A stretch of DNA of 64,000 nucleotides, taken from positions 108,314,001 to 108,378,000 of the forward strand of contig OX597820.1 in assembly GCA_951406725.2 (NCBI GenBank), read 5' to 3'. Of the stretch, positions 10,994 through 28,779 are shown piece after piece. A program made the translations under genes and the position numbers. The stretch comes from Octopus vulgaris. Lineage: Eukaryota. How positions within the stretch are numbered: position 1 is the stretch's first letter; every line of letters begins with the position of its first letter. The notes beneath the pieces are model-generated. The model did no database searches, was not told the DNA's origin, and saw nothing but the letters and a program-made list of their open reading frames with translations.

Positions 10994-13625
10994 GTGGATA
11001 AGGTTACAGAGGTAGTTAGAGTATGCGATAGAGTACTTAAGCTCAGGCTAGTCTTGCAGAATAGTATAGCTACAATTATATCTGCCTATGCCCCACAAGC
11101 GGGCCTACAAAATGAACAGAAGAATCATCATCATCGTTTAATGTCAGCTTTCCATGCTAGCATGGGTTGGATGATTTGACTGAGAACTTGCGAACCAGAT
11201 GGCTGCACCAGGCTCCAGTCTGATCTGGCTGAGTTTCTACAGCTGGATGCCCTTCCTAACGCCAACCACTCCGAGAGTGTACTGGGTGCTTTTATGTGCC
11301 ACCAGCACAAGGGCCAGTCGAGTGGTACTGGCAATGGCCACACTCAAATTGTGTCTTTTACATGCCACCTGCACAGGAGCCAGTTAAGCGGCACTGGCAA
11401 TGACATCACTCGAATACTTTTTCACATGCCACCAGTATGGAAGCCAGCCAACTGCTCTGGCAACGAACACGCTTGGATGGTGCTCTTAGCGCTGCACTAG
11501 CATGGATGCCAGTCATCGAATTTGATTCGATTTCAGTTTCACTTGCCTCAACAGGTCTTCGCAAGCAGAGTTTAGTGTCCAATGAAGGAAAGGTATGCAT
11601 AAGTGGGCTGGTTACACCCCTGGCATAGGCCACGAGGTTATGGTCTCACTTGGCTTGCTGGGTCTTCTCACGCACTGCATATTTCTAAAGATCTCGGTCA
11701 CTAATCATGGCCTTGGTGAGGCCTAATATTTGAAGGTCGTGCTTCACCACCTCATCCCAGGTCTACCTCTTCCGCAGGTTCCCTCAACCGCTAGGGTGTG
11801 GCACTTTTTCACACAGCTATTTTCATCCATTCTCGTCACATGACCATACCAGCACAGTCTCTCTTGCACACCACATCTGATGCTTCTTAGGTCCAACTTT
11901 TCTCTCAAGGTACTTACACTCTGTCGAGTATGAACACTGACATTACACATCCATCGGATCATACTGGCTTCATTCCTTGCGAGCTTACGTCTGTCCTCAG
12001 CAATATTTCACTGCCATGTAGCATGGCTGTTTGTACACATGCGTCATACAGTCTACCTTTTACTCTGAGCGAGAGGCCCTTTGTCACCGCAGGGGTAGGA
12101 GCTCTCTGAACTTTGCTCAAGCTATTCTTATTCCAGCAGCTACACTTTCAGCGCACCCTCTCCTGCTACTGACTTGGTCCCCTAGGTAACGGAAGCTATC
12201 AACTACTAGTTTTTCTCCCTGGAATGTGGCAGAAGTTGTTCTCTGCACATTTTCAGTGTTTATTGCTCCTGAGCATCTGCCACATACAAAAACTATCTTC
12301 CCAGTTAGCCTTCCTTTGATATTGCTGCTTACACTGGGTACATCTTTTAGAGTTTCTACCTATGCCTTTTCTGCAGATTGAGCAGGGCCAACTACCTGAA
12401 GGGATTTGTGGTTTGTCTGCTTTCCTACTTATTAGGACTTTGGTTTTAGCTACGTTGACTCTAAGGCCCTTCAATTCTAATCCTTGCTTCCACACTTGAA
12501 ACTTCTCCTCTAGTTCTGATAGTGACTCAGCAATTAGAGCAAGGTCATCAGCATAGAGGAGCTCCCAGGGGCATCCTGTCTTGAATTCCTCTGTTATTGC
12601 CTGGAGGACTATGATAAATAGGAGGGGGGGCTAAGAACTGAATCTTAGTGGACCCCTACCTCTATCAGGAATACTTCACTGTACTCATTGCCAACCCTCA
12701 TAAACCACTTTTATGCTATTCTTCTGCAGGCTACCTCCAATATGTGTGACAATGATCTCATCTTCATTGCTGAGGATTTCATTGAGCAGTCCAGTATCTA
12801 CCATGGTGTACATGGAGGCCATGGAATCAGTTCCTGAGGTGAAGAGGGAACAAGACTACTGGAGATCTGTGATGCAAATAATCTTTTGATCGTCAACACC
12901 AACTTCAGGAAGCCAGCTAGCCACCTGATAACTTATCAATCAGGTGACTCTGCTAGCCAAATTGATTTCATTCTCACCAGGCAGTGGTATGCATGGTTGC
13001 TCTCAAAAGCAAAGACTCTCCCTGGTGAATAATGTACCCCAAGCATAGACTAGTCATTAGTGACTGTAGACTCTAGGCCAGAAGGAAGCCAAAAAGAAGA
13101 CTAATTTGGAAAAGAAGGATTTGGAAGCTTAAGGACTCTTCAAATGGTCTGAGATTTAGGGACATCCTAACTGAGAAATTTGATGAGAGGGAGGAGCAGC
13201 TACAAACTTGTGATATAGAGGGCAACTGGGAATTCCTGTGGGATAGTTTGCTGAGTGCCACAGACCAAATCTGTAACTGATGCAAAGTCCTTTCCAGACC
13301 TAGCGTAACGTGGTGGTGGAACAAAACTATAGACAGGGCCATTAGAACAAAGAAACAGACCTGGAAGAGTGGGAACAGCAAGGAACTGTGTCAGATAGCC
13401 AGAAGGGAAGCTAGGAGACAGATATATCTAGCCAAGGAAGAAGCAGAAAAGAAGTTTGCCTTTGTTCAGTGCCGTGATGACCAACAAACTGAAGTATTTC
13501 AGATTGCAAGGCAGTGTGTTAGAGAAAATTGTGATGTCATAGGTGAGAAATGTTTCTGTATGGATGATGGTGCCCTTGCTTTTAATGAATATGCAAAGAA
13601 AGCGGCTAGGAGACGCCATTATGGA
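10994..13625 (+). mobile_element. RTE LINE APE/linker fragment, interrupted by an inverted same-family 3' fragment
   Basis: RVCDRVLKLRLV..IISAYAPQAG (10994-11120) resumes at about 12702. It is homologous to 51690-52760. Confidence 0.8.
11124..12700 (-). mobile_element. RTE LINE 3' half with 3'UTR and (GAT)n tail
   Basis: LLYADDL region, WKQGLELKGLRVN, WYGHVTRMDE and GRGRP, with a reverse (CAT)n tail at 11124. Confidence 0.9.
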
Positions 13626-13639
13626 AGACTGAATGAACT

Positions 13640-16260
13640 CCAGTGGTCTGCATGTGCTCTCCATCTGCAGGGAATTCAGTCTAAGCATCACAAATACCTA
13701 TTTTCAAAAGTGAAATTGTTGCAAGACAACCTCGATGCATCCTAGATCTAAGGATAGGCATCTCATAGACTATGTTATCACTAAGAAATGAGATATGAGG
13801 GACTTTAACATTACATGTTCCTTTCGTAACACCTGTTATCTCTCTGACCAATCTCTTCTCTGTAGTAAGGCTAGGGTTCATCTGAAACACATATGACTAT
13901 AAAAGTCATCGGTACCTAAGTGCATTAATGTTCTGCCTTTGAAAACTGTTGAAAAGCAGGCTGAGCTCTCTATCAAGTTGGACTCTGCACTCAACACTGT
14001 TAATATCAATGATCACATAGTATCATCTTGGAAGGCTCTGCATGATACAATGCATTCTGCATGTGTAGAGATTCTTTGATTTCCTGTTTGTAAACAAGAT
14101 TGGTTCAATGATAACAACACCGATATCCAACAATTGATAGATAAAATGCACAGCTCTCACAGAACATAGATAAATGATAAGAGTTCATCCAGAAAAGAGA
14201 ATGCCTACAAGATATGCAGAGGCCAGGTTCAATGTACTTTGAGATAGATGAAGGAGACTTGGTGGTCTTTCAAGGCTACTGAACTCCAAGAAGCTGCAGA
14301 CAGAAAGGATTCTAAAGCCTTTTATGATGGCCTCAAGAAAGTGTAAGGCCCTCAAGAGCACGGTGTTACTCCTATTTTTTCATTGAATAGAGAGACACTT
14401 GACTGACAAATCTGATGTCCTGAAACGATGGAAAGATCACTTCGAAGCTGTGTTGAACTCTACCTCAGTCACTAATGATGACGTTATAATGTCTATTCCG
14501 TAGCACACTGAAATACCAGAACTGTCTCTGGAGCCAACCTTCCTGGAAGTGGTAAACTCTATTAAACAAATCTCTTCTAGTAAAGTGCCTGGAAGGAATG
14601 CTGTTCCTCCAGAAATTTACAAGCATGGTGGACAGAAGCTTTTTAAGAAATTGCATGACCTCTTCATAAACATTTGGATGGTAGGCCGTGAACCAGAGGA
14701 CTTCAATTCAAATCTTTATAAGAACAAAGGAAACAGAAGTGTCTGTGATAATCATGGAATATTGCTTGTCTATTGCTGGAAAGATTCTTGCTTGACAGGA
14801 TCATCAAACACATAAATGATATCTATCTAAAATCACAGTGCAGATTTCACTCTGGTTATGGCACTATCGACATGATCTTTTCCCTTCAACAGGTCACAGA
14901 GAAAGTACATGAAAAAAATCAAGAGTTGTTCTTGATATTTGTTGACCTTACTAAGGCCTTAGACACTGTTAACTGGCAAGCACTATGTAAAGTTCTGAAA
15001 AAGCTTTGTATACCTGACAAGATGTTGAATGTCATCATCTCCTTTCATGAGGGAATGAAGGCTGCTGTTGTATCCGGTGAGGACTCTTCAGCTTCCTTCG
15101 ACATTACAAACAGCACAAAGCTAGGTTGTGTTACGGTCTGTTCTGTTTGTACTCTTCTTTTCAGTGAAGCTGAGGTATGCTTTTAACGACAAAGTGGTGT
15201 CATATTCAAGTTTCAGACAATACTATTCAATCATCAGTGTTTCAAAGCCAGAACACTGCTCCACACCAGTATCAGTTGTCATCTAATTTTTGCAGATGAT
15301 GCTGCACTAGTAGCGACCTGCTTAGAGGAAGCTCAGAACTTCTAGACTGGTTTTCTGCTGCATGTAAAGCCTTTGGCTTGATCATCAGTATAAAGAAGAC
15401 AGAAGTAATCCACCAACCTTGCCCAACTCCTAATCAAATTTGAGGTGTCAAGCAAAGGCCACCGGTTCACAATTTCCTGACACTCCTATACAGGTTGATG
15501 GGAAAAGCCTAAATTATGTAAAGTCATTTACATATCTTGGTAGTAAAGTGAATTCCCATGATGATGAAATTGTCAGATGTCTTGCAAAGGCAACCAATAC
15601 ATTTGGCAAACTCCGTCATCTATGGAATAAAAGGGGCATCAAACTTGACGCTAAAGTAGAGGTCTATAAAGCCACCATTCTTACTACTCTCTTGTATGGC
15701 TCAGCATCGTGGATACCCTATAGATGACACATTAACCAACTAGACATCTTCTGCAAACTGTCTGAGACAATCTGCAGTTATTCCCTAAAAGATAGAGTTT
15801 CTAATGCTGACTTGTTTAACAAGTGTAAGATTGGTGAAATCGAGAGCTTCCATATGCAATCACAATTGTGCTGGGCTGGCCATGTCATCAGAATGAGTGA
15901 CGAAAGAATACTCAAAGTCCTCATGTATGGCCAGCTTGAGAGTGGGCACAGGAATGTTGGTTGACTATGGCTCAGATATAAGGACAAGCTGAAGAGTAGC
16001 CCCTTAGAAATGAAGATAACTCACAACACCTCTGAGTGAACAGCCTTGGAACGAATAAAATGGATATCGTTGTGTCAAAATGGTATAAAAACTTTGTTGC
16101 AACCAGCATTAACAGGCTTTGGGGTGAAAGGTAAAGGAGAAAAGCAGCTGCAAATATACCACCTGCACTGACGTGTAATCCTCATACTCGCAGCATTTGT
16201 GGTCTTCTTTGCAAATTGTTGGCGGGACTTAAATGTCACATTCGACATAAGCATTATGAT
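13640..16260 (+). mobile_element. Second RTE (BovB-like) LINE, decayed
   Basis: KVPGRNAVPPEIYKHGG, GTIDMIFSLQQVTEK, FVDLTKALDTVN, FADDAAL, FTYLGS, LLYGSASW and WAGHVIRM, with many stops and frameshifts. Confidence 0.88.
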
Positions 16261-16524
16261 CAAGAAAGAAAAAGTATGTTGTCAGAGTCTCATTAATATA
16301 TATATATATATATATATATAGGGAGAATTCACAAAAAAACAAAAGACAAAGATAGGTGGTGTAGACAACAAACAGATGTATTAGTATAATGCTCGGGAAG
16401 TGAAAAAGTCTTTAACATTTCGAGCCTATGCACTTCCACAGAAAGGAACACAGAAAGAAACAGAGAGAAAATAAAGAATGTGTAGTGGCTAGCGATCTAT
16501 CATGGCGAATGATATATATATATA

Positions 16525-16618
16525 TATATTGCAAATAAGAAAATGGAGGAGCACAATAGTTGGTTCTAAAGTTGATGAACCAACTAATGTGCTCCTCCAT
16601 TTTCTTATTTGCAATATA
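16525..16618. repeat. Near-perfect hairpin (about 42-bp arms, 10-nt loop)
   Basis: TATATTGCAAATAAGAAAATGGAGGAGCACAATAGTTGGTTC / GAACCAACTAATGTGCTCCTCCATTTTCTTATTTGCAATATA, with one mismatch. Confidence 0.92.
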
Positions 16619-17579
16619 AATTAATGGTAAAATATCTCTTTACCTTCACCCATTTAATACATGAGGTAAATTGAAATGCAATAAAAAACACTTGTGTATT
16701 AATAATTGGGTATTATATCAATAGTATATTGGATAGATATTATCCCTTAGTGGGTTGGACCCACAACCCTGAACTTTCTTCAAGTTTATATATATATAAA
16801 TATATATGTATATATATATATATATAACTTGTAATTCTTTAATTCATCAAATAACTTTCAAATCGTAATTCTTTAAATCCTTGCAAAATCTCTCCCCATT
16901 TCATAACTCATGTGTTCACATACTTTGCCATGATTCTCGCCATGTCTTATAGCTCATGTTTCTCATTCATCCTCTGTCAAGATTTCCTCCAGAGATTAAG
17001 TCTTTGAAGTCTCTCTCTCTCTCCCTGTCTCATTAATGTCATCTTATTGCAATTTCTGTTTCTTGTGGCCATTGTTTGTCTGCGATGTGCCCACCCATTC
17101 CTGCCTCCACCACCTATATGGGAAGTCTCTTCTCTTATACTGGTAATTCATACAGGGCTCTGCCTCACTTCTGTACCAGAAGATTTGCATACCTCCATCT
17201 CTCCCTCCCCACCACCACCAATCATACACACTACTGCATGCACCAAAAGAATGTGTTACTTAGTAAATTAACAAACCACCTACCTCTTTCTCTCTATATA
17301 TAATGAACTAACCAATAGCAGCTCCTTTACTTACTTAATTTAAACATTGACCTATTTAGATTTGCAGCAGTAACACTAATATTTACAATGCTTACATTAC
17401 ACTCATCTCCAATAGAGACAACAATTTTAACATGTTTGAATGACGATAGGTTAAAACGAGAACAACTGATGTGACATGTCTGTTATCAAACAATCACTGT
17501 AATCTTCTTTTCAGGTACTGAATACCATCACTCATTTCTATGGTCCCTCTGATATCTGATGCCTCTTATGCCTAATTTT

Positions 17580-18755
17580 TCTCTCAACATGCTTAAACTC
17601 TGTCGTGTATGTACATTTACATTGCATTAGCTTCATTTCTTTCAAGCTTAAGCATGTCTTTGGCTGTCACAGCCCATGTTTCATTGCCATGTAACATTCT
17701 CACTGCTACACTCTCAGGGTATCCACCTCCGCTACTACCTTTAGCTTTCCCCCTGGCAGTTGATGGAGTCTGCTTTCTGTATATTTTTGGTGTTTATTGT
17801 ACCTGTGCATCTTCCACATACAAAAGCTAGTTTCCCTGTTAACCTTCCTCTGATATTGCTGCACCTTTTATGTGTCCAAAGCTTACACCAGGTACATCTA
17901 CCTATGCCTTTACTACAGATCAAGTAGAGCCATCTACTTGAAGGGATTTGTGATTTGTCTGCATTTCTAGTTACTAACACTAGTTTCTGCTAGGTTAACT
18001 CTAAGACACTTTGATTCTAGACCTTGCTTCCATACCTGGAACTTCTTCTCTAGTTCTGGTAGTGATTCAGCTATAAGTGATTCATTGACCACTAGATGAG
18101 GGATCGGGGGACCATGTCAACAAAAGTTAAGTACAGAGGTTCATCTTTGGCTACATATTTCTCCTGTAGCTGTCTTACCAGAAATATAGCATCAGTGGTG
18201 TTTCTCCCTGGCACAAAACCAAACTGCATCTCATCTAGGTTAACTCTCTCCCTAATTAGTTGGGCTATGACTCTCTCTGAAACTTTCATTATTTGATACC
18301 TCTGTAACTATTTCTATCTAAGGCATCACCTTTACCTTTATAGTAGGTGATTATGGTGCTGCTACACCAGTCATTGAGTATGACTCCTTAATGAACCACC
18401 TGATTTACAATACAAGTGACTAGACCATAACCTACACTGCCAGATATTTTAAACATCTCAGTGGTGATTCTTGATGGGCTGGGGGCTTCCCCTGTCTTCA
18501 TATCCTTAATTGCTTTATTATCTACAAAGGTACTGTCAATTCAGGTAGCTGGTCAACATTTGGCAGACTCTCCTCCTCCCGTCCATTCTCCACATTCAGC
18601 AGACTTTAATCTTTGCAGAATCATTAAAAGCAAGTGCACCATCATCCATGCAGACACATTTCTTTCCTATGACATCACAATTTTCTCTCACACACTGTCT
18701 TCACATCACTGAACATAGGTAAATTTCTTCCTTGGCAAGATATACCTGGCGCCTA
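17580..18755 (-). mobile_element. RTE LINE RT fragment with deletions
   Basis: MQFGFVPGRNTTDAIFLVRQLQEKY and CKLWTHKRCS, homologous to 52550-54150. Confidence 0.88.
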
Positions 18756-18759
18756 ACGT

Positions 18760-19221
18760 TGAGGCTTTCTGCCAATTCTCGGGTTGTGCAATGTTGGTTA
18801 TTCTCAATTAATGACTTGATTTAGTCATCATCTGTAGTGGATGGTCTGCCTGATCGCTCTTTATCAATAAGGCTACAATCCCCAGCTTGGAACCTTGCGA
18901 ACCACTTCTGTACAGTTATTTCGGATAAAGAAATATCACCATAAACTGTGCATATTTCTTTGGTTGCTTGTGAGGCATTTTTCCCTTTACAGAAAAAGAA
19001 AAGCATCAAGTGCTGAAAATGAACTTTCTTATCTTCCATTTTAAAGGGTTACAGAATTAACACAGGTTATAGGAACATAAACTTTCTTCCACGAAAAGAC
19101 AGCTTAAACTGTGCTCTAAATGGAGGTGTAGTCAAATCCTATTTTATGGACTCAACCATGTTCTAAAATAAGTTGAAAGGTAAGCTACTATAAATCAGCA
19201 TGAACTTTCTGGACAACCCAA
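18760..19221 (-). mobile_element. Mariner 5' fragment
   Basis: MEDKKVHFQHLMLFFF..GKNASQATKEICTVYG..WFARF..RSGRP, with TA|TTGGGTTGTCCAGAAAG TIR at 19221. Confidence 0.88.
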
Positions 19222-19344
19222 TACTAAAAGAATAAAAATAGAAAATATATACCTTGTATTGAATCCACCAAAACAAAAACTTTGAATTACCATACTAATA
19301 ATAAAATAAATGAGATTATTATTTGGCTAATCTTACCTTTTGCC

Positions 19345-19530
19345 AAACAAATTGAAACTAATTTAATTGAAGTCAGACGTAGAGGATTTGTTGGACACAG
19401 TGTGAGGCGACTGTTGTTATCGTTAGGCCTAACTCATAGTAAAGTAAATACCACCATGACTGATATCCAAACTACAGTGGAAAAGGCTCGCCACTGGATT
19501 TAGTTAAAAAGAGACGATGAGCTAGAAGAA
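19345..19530 (+). mobile_element. C-terminal remnant of an R2-group (Hero/NeSL-like) restriction-like-endonuclease retrotransposon
   Basis: IEVRRRGFVGHSVRRLLLSLG..VEKARHWI*LKR resembles the (P)IEVGxRGF..E(K/R)ASxWIWxKR end of such elements. Confidence 0.6.
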
Positions 19531-20197
19531 TATTGTGCTTTATTTGATAACCAGTTGATCCAGCAAGCAGGGCCTCATATGAGAGAGGTGGGGGGTGCAC
19601 ATACATTCTCTCCTGATGAACCCATACACTTGCTGGATTCCAGTATGTGGAACTTTTGACTGGTAGCACTTGCATGTGCAAGTTGTTTGCAAAATATATA
19701 TATCTAGACTGATAAACAGGCACTTCACTATAATAAGTATAGTGAAATTATTAATAGCTAATTTTAAGATATGGTTTTCCAGTAACTAAAAAAATATATT
19801 TAGATATACATCTTCAATTAATAATGCAAAATTAGATAATTTTTACAAGTATCGTAAAAATACTTCTGGAAATAGCACACATTATCTTTCTGCCACAAAT
19901 AATTCAGATAATTTTAGTTTAAACTATCAAGAGGAAATAACCACCAAAAATCCACCTATTTTAGTGAATTCCAAAGATAATCTTCATAAATAATGCAATT
20001 GTAAGATTAAAGAAAAATGCAAATTTAACAATTATTGCAAACGTAAGAATCTGATATACCAAGCTATCATTGAAGCAGGAGGAAAAATCACTACTATATT
20101 GGTTTGACAGAATGTTTTGTGAAAACCAGAATTTCAAACAATGAGAATTCTTTTAGAAATAAAATTAAACAGAATCCTACAAGCCTTAGCAAATTTA

Positions 20198-21980
20198 TTG
20201 GGTTAGCAACTAAGTTCCTGCCGTTTTTTAAAATTTAAATTTTTTAAAAGGTTTAATAAAAAATAACAACTAATTAATCGATAATGTATTCACCCTTGTT
20301 GTTTACAACTTCTTCTCAACGTTCAACAAGATTTTCAATAAGTCATGTTGATTTTTATTGTTGTCACTTAAAGCATACAGAACCCATGCTCCATACTTCT
20401 GAACATTTCCCACTGAGTGAAGATGCTTCTCTATAGCAGTGTGGGAGCATTCCATTTTCTCTGCCAATTCCTTTGTCGTTCGATGAGAATTTTCGGGCAA
20501 AAGTTGGTTTAACCCTTTTGTTACCAAAGCCGCGCGAAAAAAATTTTGGTTAATGTGACCAAACCGCCCAAAGCCGCCCGAATTTACCTATTCATATTTA
20601 AATGAGAATATCAGAGCAAATCTCTTTAGTACATTCGTGAAAACACGTGATTATGCTTCGTAAACAGTTCATCTACAGTTTTGTACAAAGATCGACGTGT
20701 AATTTTAATTCCCTGAAATTTGGGAGATTTTTTTCCACATTTTTTTCGCATCGATTTTTCTTCAACTTTGAAAATAGATAGGAGTTTCATGTTATCAAGC
20801 ATTAATTCCGAATTGGAAAATTTGTGAAACGAATACTGGGTACTGTTGTGGATTTAGTTTTTATACAGGGAAACTAATGTTAGTCAGCATGGCTTAGGGT
20901 ATGATGTGGTCTGGAAGTTATTGTTTGAAGCGATCAATGCGGAAACAAACTTATGCAGAATGTAAACAAACACAAAATGGGGGTTCAAATTTCGGAAAAT
21001 TTGTGAAGCAAATACTGGGTACTGCGTGGATTTAGTTTTTATACAGGGAAAATAATGTTAGTCAGCATGGCCTAGGGTATGATGTGGTATGGAATTTATC
21101 ACTTCCATACCATAACCAGGGCTGTATATTATTTTTTGACTGATTTCTTTAGTTCGGTCAAACTTACGGTGGATTCCAATATTTCAGTTTATTCCACCTT
21201 TATGGTACACCTGTTGTGCATTAAATTCAACTGATGATATAGTGATGTGCACAATTCTTCTTTATCAAAATTTTGTTGCATACCCATTTGAATATTAGCT
21301 GATGATTCATTTTCTATGGTGATGTTTAAACAAAATTTTAATATTTTTACCTTTTGCTCATTTAAAAATTTTAATATTTTTACCTTTTGCTCAATTTACC
21401 TGGATTTACCTGTAATTAAAGTCACTTTGAGACAAAAGTTATGCAATAGAATTGATTAAGAACCCTTTCTTTAATTATGTTCCAAATATCACATTAATAT
21501 GTTGATAAGTAAAAAAGTTACAGTTATTTAATGAAACAAGCCTAGATTCATGATTTTGGTCAGAAATATAGTAACGAAAGGGTTAATCGCTCTTCATCGA
21601 ACTCAACTGGACAGCCAGAATGAGGTGTGTCTTTGAGGTCAAAATTTCCATTTTTGAACTTGGCATACCAATCACAAGTGGTTCTTTCAGCTATGGCACC
21701 CTCTCCATACACAGCACAAATGTTGTGAGCAGCTTTTGGGGCCTTAGAACCTTGATTAAAAGCAAACAGAAGGAGGTGTCGAAAATGGTCATTTTTCTTA
21801 ACTTAACATTCCATTTTAATCATCTGAAAATAAACAAAACTTAACTAAAATTAACTAGAAAAAAGAAAACATTCCAAAATGATTCAAAAATAGAATTCTT
21901 GAAACAAATAGATACCAAAATTGAAAAACACAATAAATTAAAAAATTTAAAAAACGGCGGGAACTTAGTTGCCAACCCAA
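20198..21980 (-). mobile_element. Mariner element (internally deleted) carrying a nested insertion
   Basis: TIRs TTGGGTTAGCAACTAAGTTCC / GGAACTTAGTTGCCAACCCAA with TA flanks. Transposase remnant HFRHLLLFAFNQG..DWYAKFKNG..EFDEERL | NQLL..TTKELAE..GAWV is split at a TTAA. Confidence 0.92.
20513..21582. mobile_element. Non-autonomous piggyBac-like element nested in mariner
   Basis: TTAA|CCCTTTTGTTAC ... GTAACGAAAGGG|TTAA, with an internal direct repeat of about 100 bp (about 20815 and 20995). Confidence 0.88.
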
Positions 21981-22381
21981 TATTTGGAAATTAAAAGATA
22001 GCAATATTAGTTTCAAAATTTGGTGGAAAATATTCACCATTGCAAAATCTTACCATCCCTAAGACAGAATTTGTTCCTTATGTACAGCAGAATATTCTAT
22101 TCTCTAAAAAACAATTATCAGTTGTCCCTGTTTCAACTACTCCACATTTCGAAGGCAAGGACAAGACACGACTTCGTTGAAACAGAAGGGGAATATTCTT
22201 TATGTTGTGTGTCTCGTTTCTCTGTTTATTTTTTTCGTTGTTCAAAAAAAAGTTCATTTCTATGTTTTTGTTTTTGTTTTCATTTCTCTTGTGTTCAATA
22301 TTTTTTTTATGTCCTGTACCCATATATGTATGTATATATACATATATATGTAGGTATGTACATATATGTATGTATATATAC

Positions 22382-23160
22382 ATCATCATCGTTTAGCGTC
22401 CGCTTTCCATGCTAGCATGGGTTGGACGGTTCTACTGGGGTCTGTGAAGCCAGAAGGCTTCATCAGGCCCAGTCAAATCTGGCAGTGTTTCTACGGCTGG
22501 ATGCCCTTCCTAACGCCAACCACTCCGTGAGTGTAGTGGGTGCTTTTTACGTGCCACCCGCACAGGTGCCAGACAGAGCTGGCAAACGGCCACGAACGGA
22601 TGGTGCTTTTTATGTGCCACCGGCACAAGGGCCAGGCGAGGCTGGCAACGGACACGGAACGGGGCGGTGCTGGCAACGGTCGCGAAACGGAAGGTTCTCT
22701 TACATGCCACCGGCACTGGTAACACATCTGCAATTTCCATTGATCGATTTCCATTCTGATCCTCACTTGCCTCAACGGGTCTTCACAAGTAGAGTTTCGA
22801 CATGCCACCGGCACTGGTAACACATCTGCAATTTCCATTGATCGATTTCCATTCTGATCCTCACTTGCCTCAACGGGTCTTCACAAGTAGAGTTTCGACA
22901 TGCCACCGGCACTGGTATCACATCTGCAATTTCCATTGATCGATTTCGATTCTGATCCTCACTTGCCTCAACAGGTCTTCACAAGTAGAGTTTTGTGTCC
23001 CAAGAAGGGAAGGTATGCATACGTAGGCTGGCTCCATCCCAAGTAGAAGGCCATGGGTTATGGACTCACTTGTCCTGCCGGGTCTTCTCGCGCACAGCAC
23101 ACTTCCAGAGGACTCGGTCTCTAGTCATTTCCTCAGTGAGACCTAAAGTTCGAAGGTCAT
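22382..23160 (-). mobile_element. RTE 3' end with about three tandem copies of a roughly 100-bp 3'UTR unit
   Basis: (CAT)n tail at 22382. The unit CATGCCACCGGCACTGGTAACACATCTGCAATTTCC.. starts at about 22703, 22801 and 22899. Confidence 0.85.
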
Positions 23161-23486
23161 ATATTTATATATATAATATATATATGTATGTAGAATAATC
23201 AGGCAATAATCTGATAGTTCTGTGTCGGCAAGGTATGAATGAACATTTTTCCTTTCATCCTTTCACCTCCTCTTAATTCTATTTTACCTGTTTCAATGCT
23301 CCTTCCACACTCTCTCTGCAACATTCCTGTATTTACTTACCTCTACTCTCTCCATCACCCTTTTCCTTCTCCTTTCTGCATGTCCTCTCCTATAACTTTT
23401 GTTTCACATTAGCAACCAGTGTTATTCTGTGCCCATTATCAATTGCATCCAGTTTTTCAAGCTGAGAGGATGTATTTTTTCTCTGC

Positions 23487-23518
23487 CCCCTGATGAAGGA
23501 TTGAATCCAAAACGTTGG
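23487..23518 (+). ncRNA. Degenerate minimal hammerhead motif
   Basis: CC-CTGATGA-A-GGATTGAATCC-AAAA-CGTT-GG, with GAAA mutated to AAAA. Confidence 0.5.
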
Positions 23519-23587
23519 ATATTCCACTCCACATGGCAAGTTCACTGTACCCCTTCCACTTTATTTATATATATATATATACGTATA

Positions 23588-23636
<49 letters not shown>

Positions 23637-23710
23637 AATGTGACCGCGTGTGTACCGTTGGCGATTTTTTTCCCTCCGTCTTCCCTTCTCTGGATCTTTC
23701 CTTTTCCTAT

Positions 23711-23745
23711 GTTTCTGACGAAGAGCTCTGCTCGAAACGTAAAAC
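23711..23745 (+). ncRNA. Minimal (Penelope-type) hammerhead ribozyme, intact core
   Basis: GTTT-CTGACGA-A-GAGC-TCT-GCTC-GAAA-C-GTA-AAAC: stem I GTTT/AAAC, stem II GAGC/GCTC, palindromic ACGT in place of stem III, and a GUA cleavage triplet. Confidence 0.75.
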
Positions 23746-23845
23746 GCCCCCTTCTTCCCTTCCTTCCTGAGCGTCCAATAATACTATATTTGTTCCAAGT
23801 CCTCGCGTTGTTGTGTTTTCTCTTTGTGTTTTCATGTTTGGATTA

Positions 23846-23897
<52 letters not shown>

Positions 23898-24097
23898 TAG
23901 AAATAGAACAAAAACGGAATAGAGAGTATTAAAACATTCGGACAGATAGATGATACAAAGGTGGACAAGAGAAACAACAATTAGAAGGACAGGTAAAAAA
24001 AAGACGGGTCATTCTAGGCTTTTTTCCATCAGTCAAGTACCAGAAGTCATGACCACTTCAGACAGTTACACTGTATATATATATATATATATATATG

Positions 24098-28765
<4,668 letters not shown>

Positions 28766-28779
28766 ACGTATATATATCA

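Noticed and set aside
19338-19785. Possible internal minus-strand UTR exon (donor AAG|GTAAGA at about 19337, acceptor about 19786)
   Set aside because: Only splice-like motifs support it, it overlaps a retroelement remnant, and such motifs are expected by chance.
22700-22990. CRISPR-like regular repeats
   Set aside because: Whole units of about 100 bp are repeated with no unique spacers. They lie in a LINE 3'UTR in a eukaryotic context with no cas genes.
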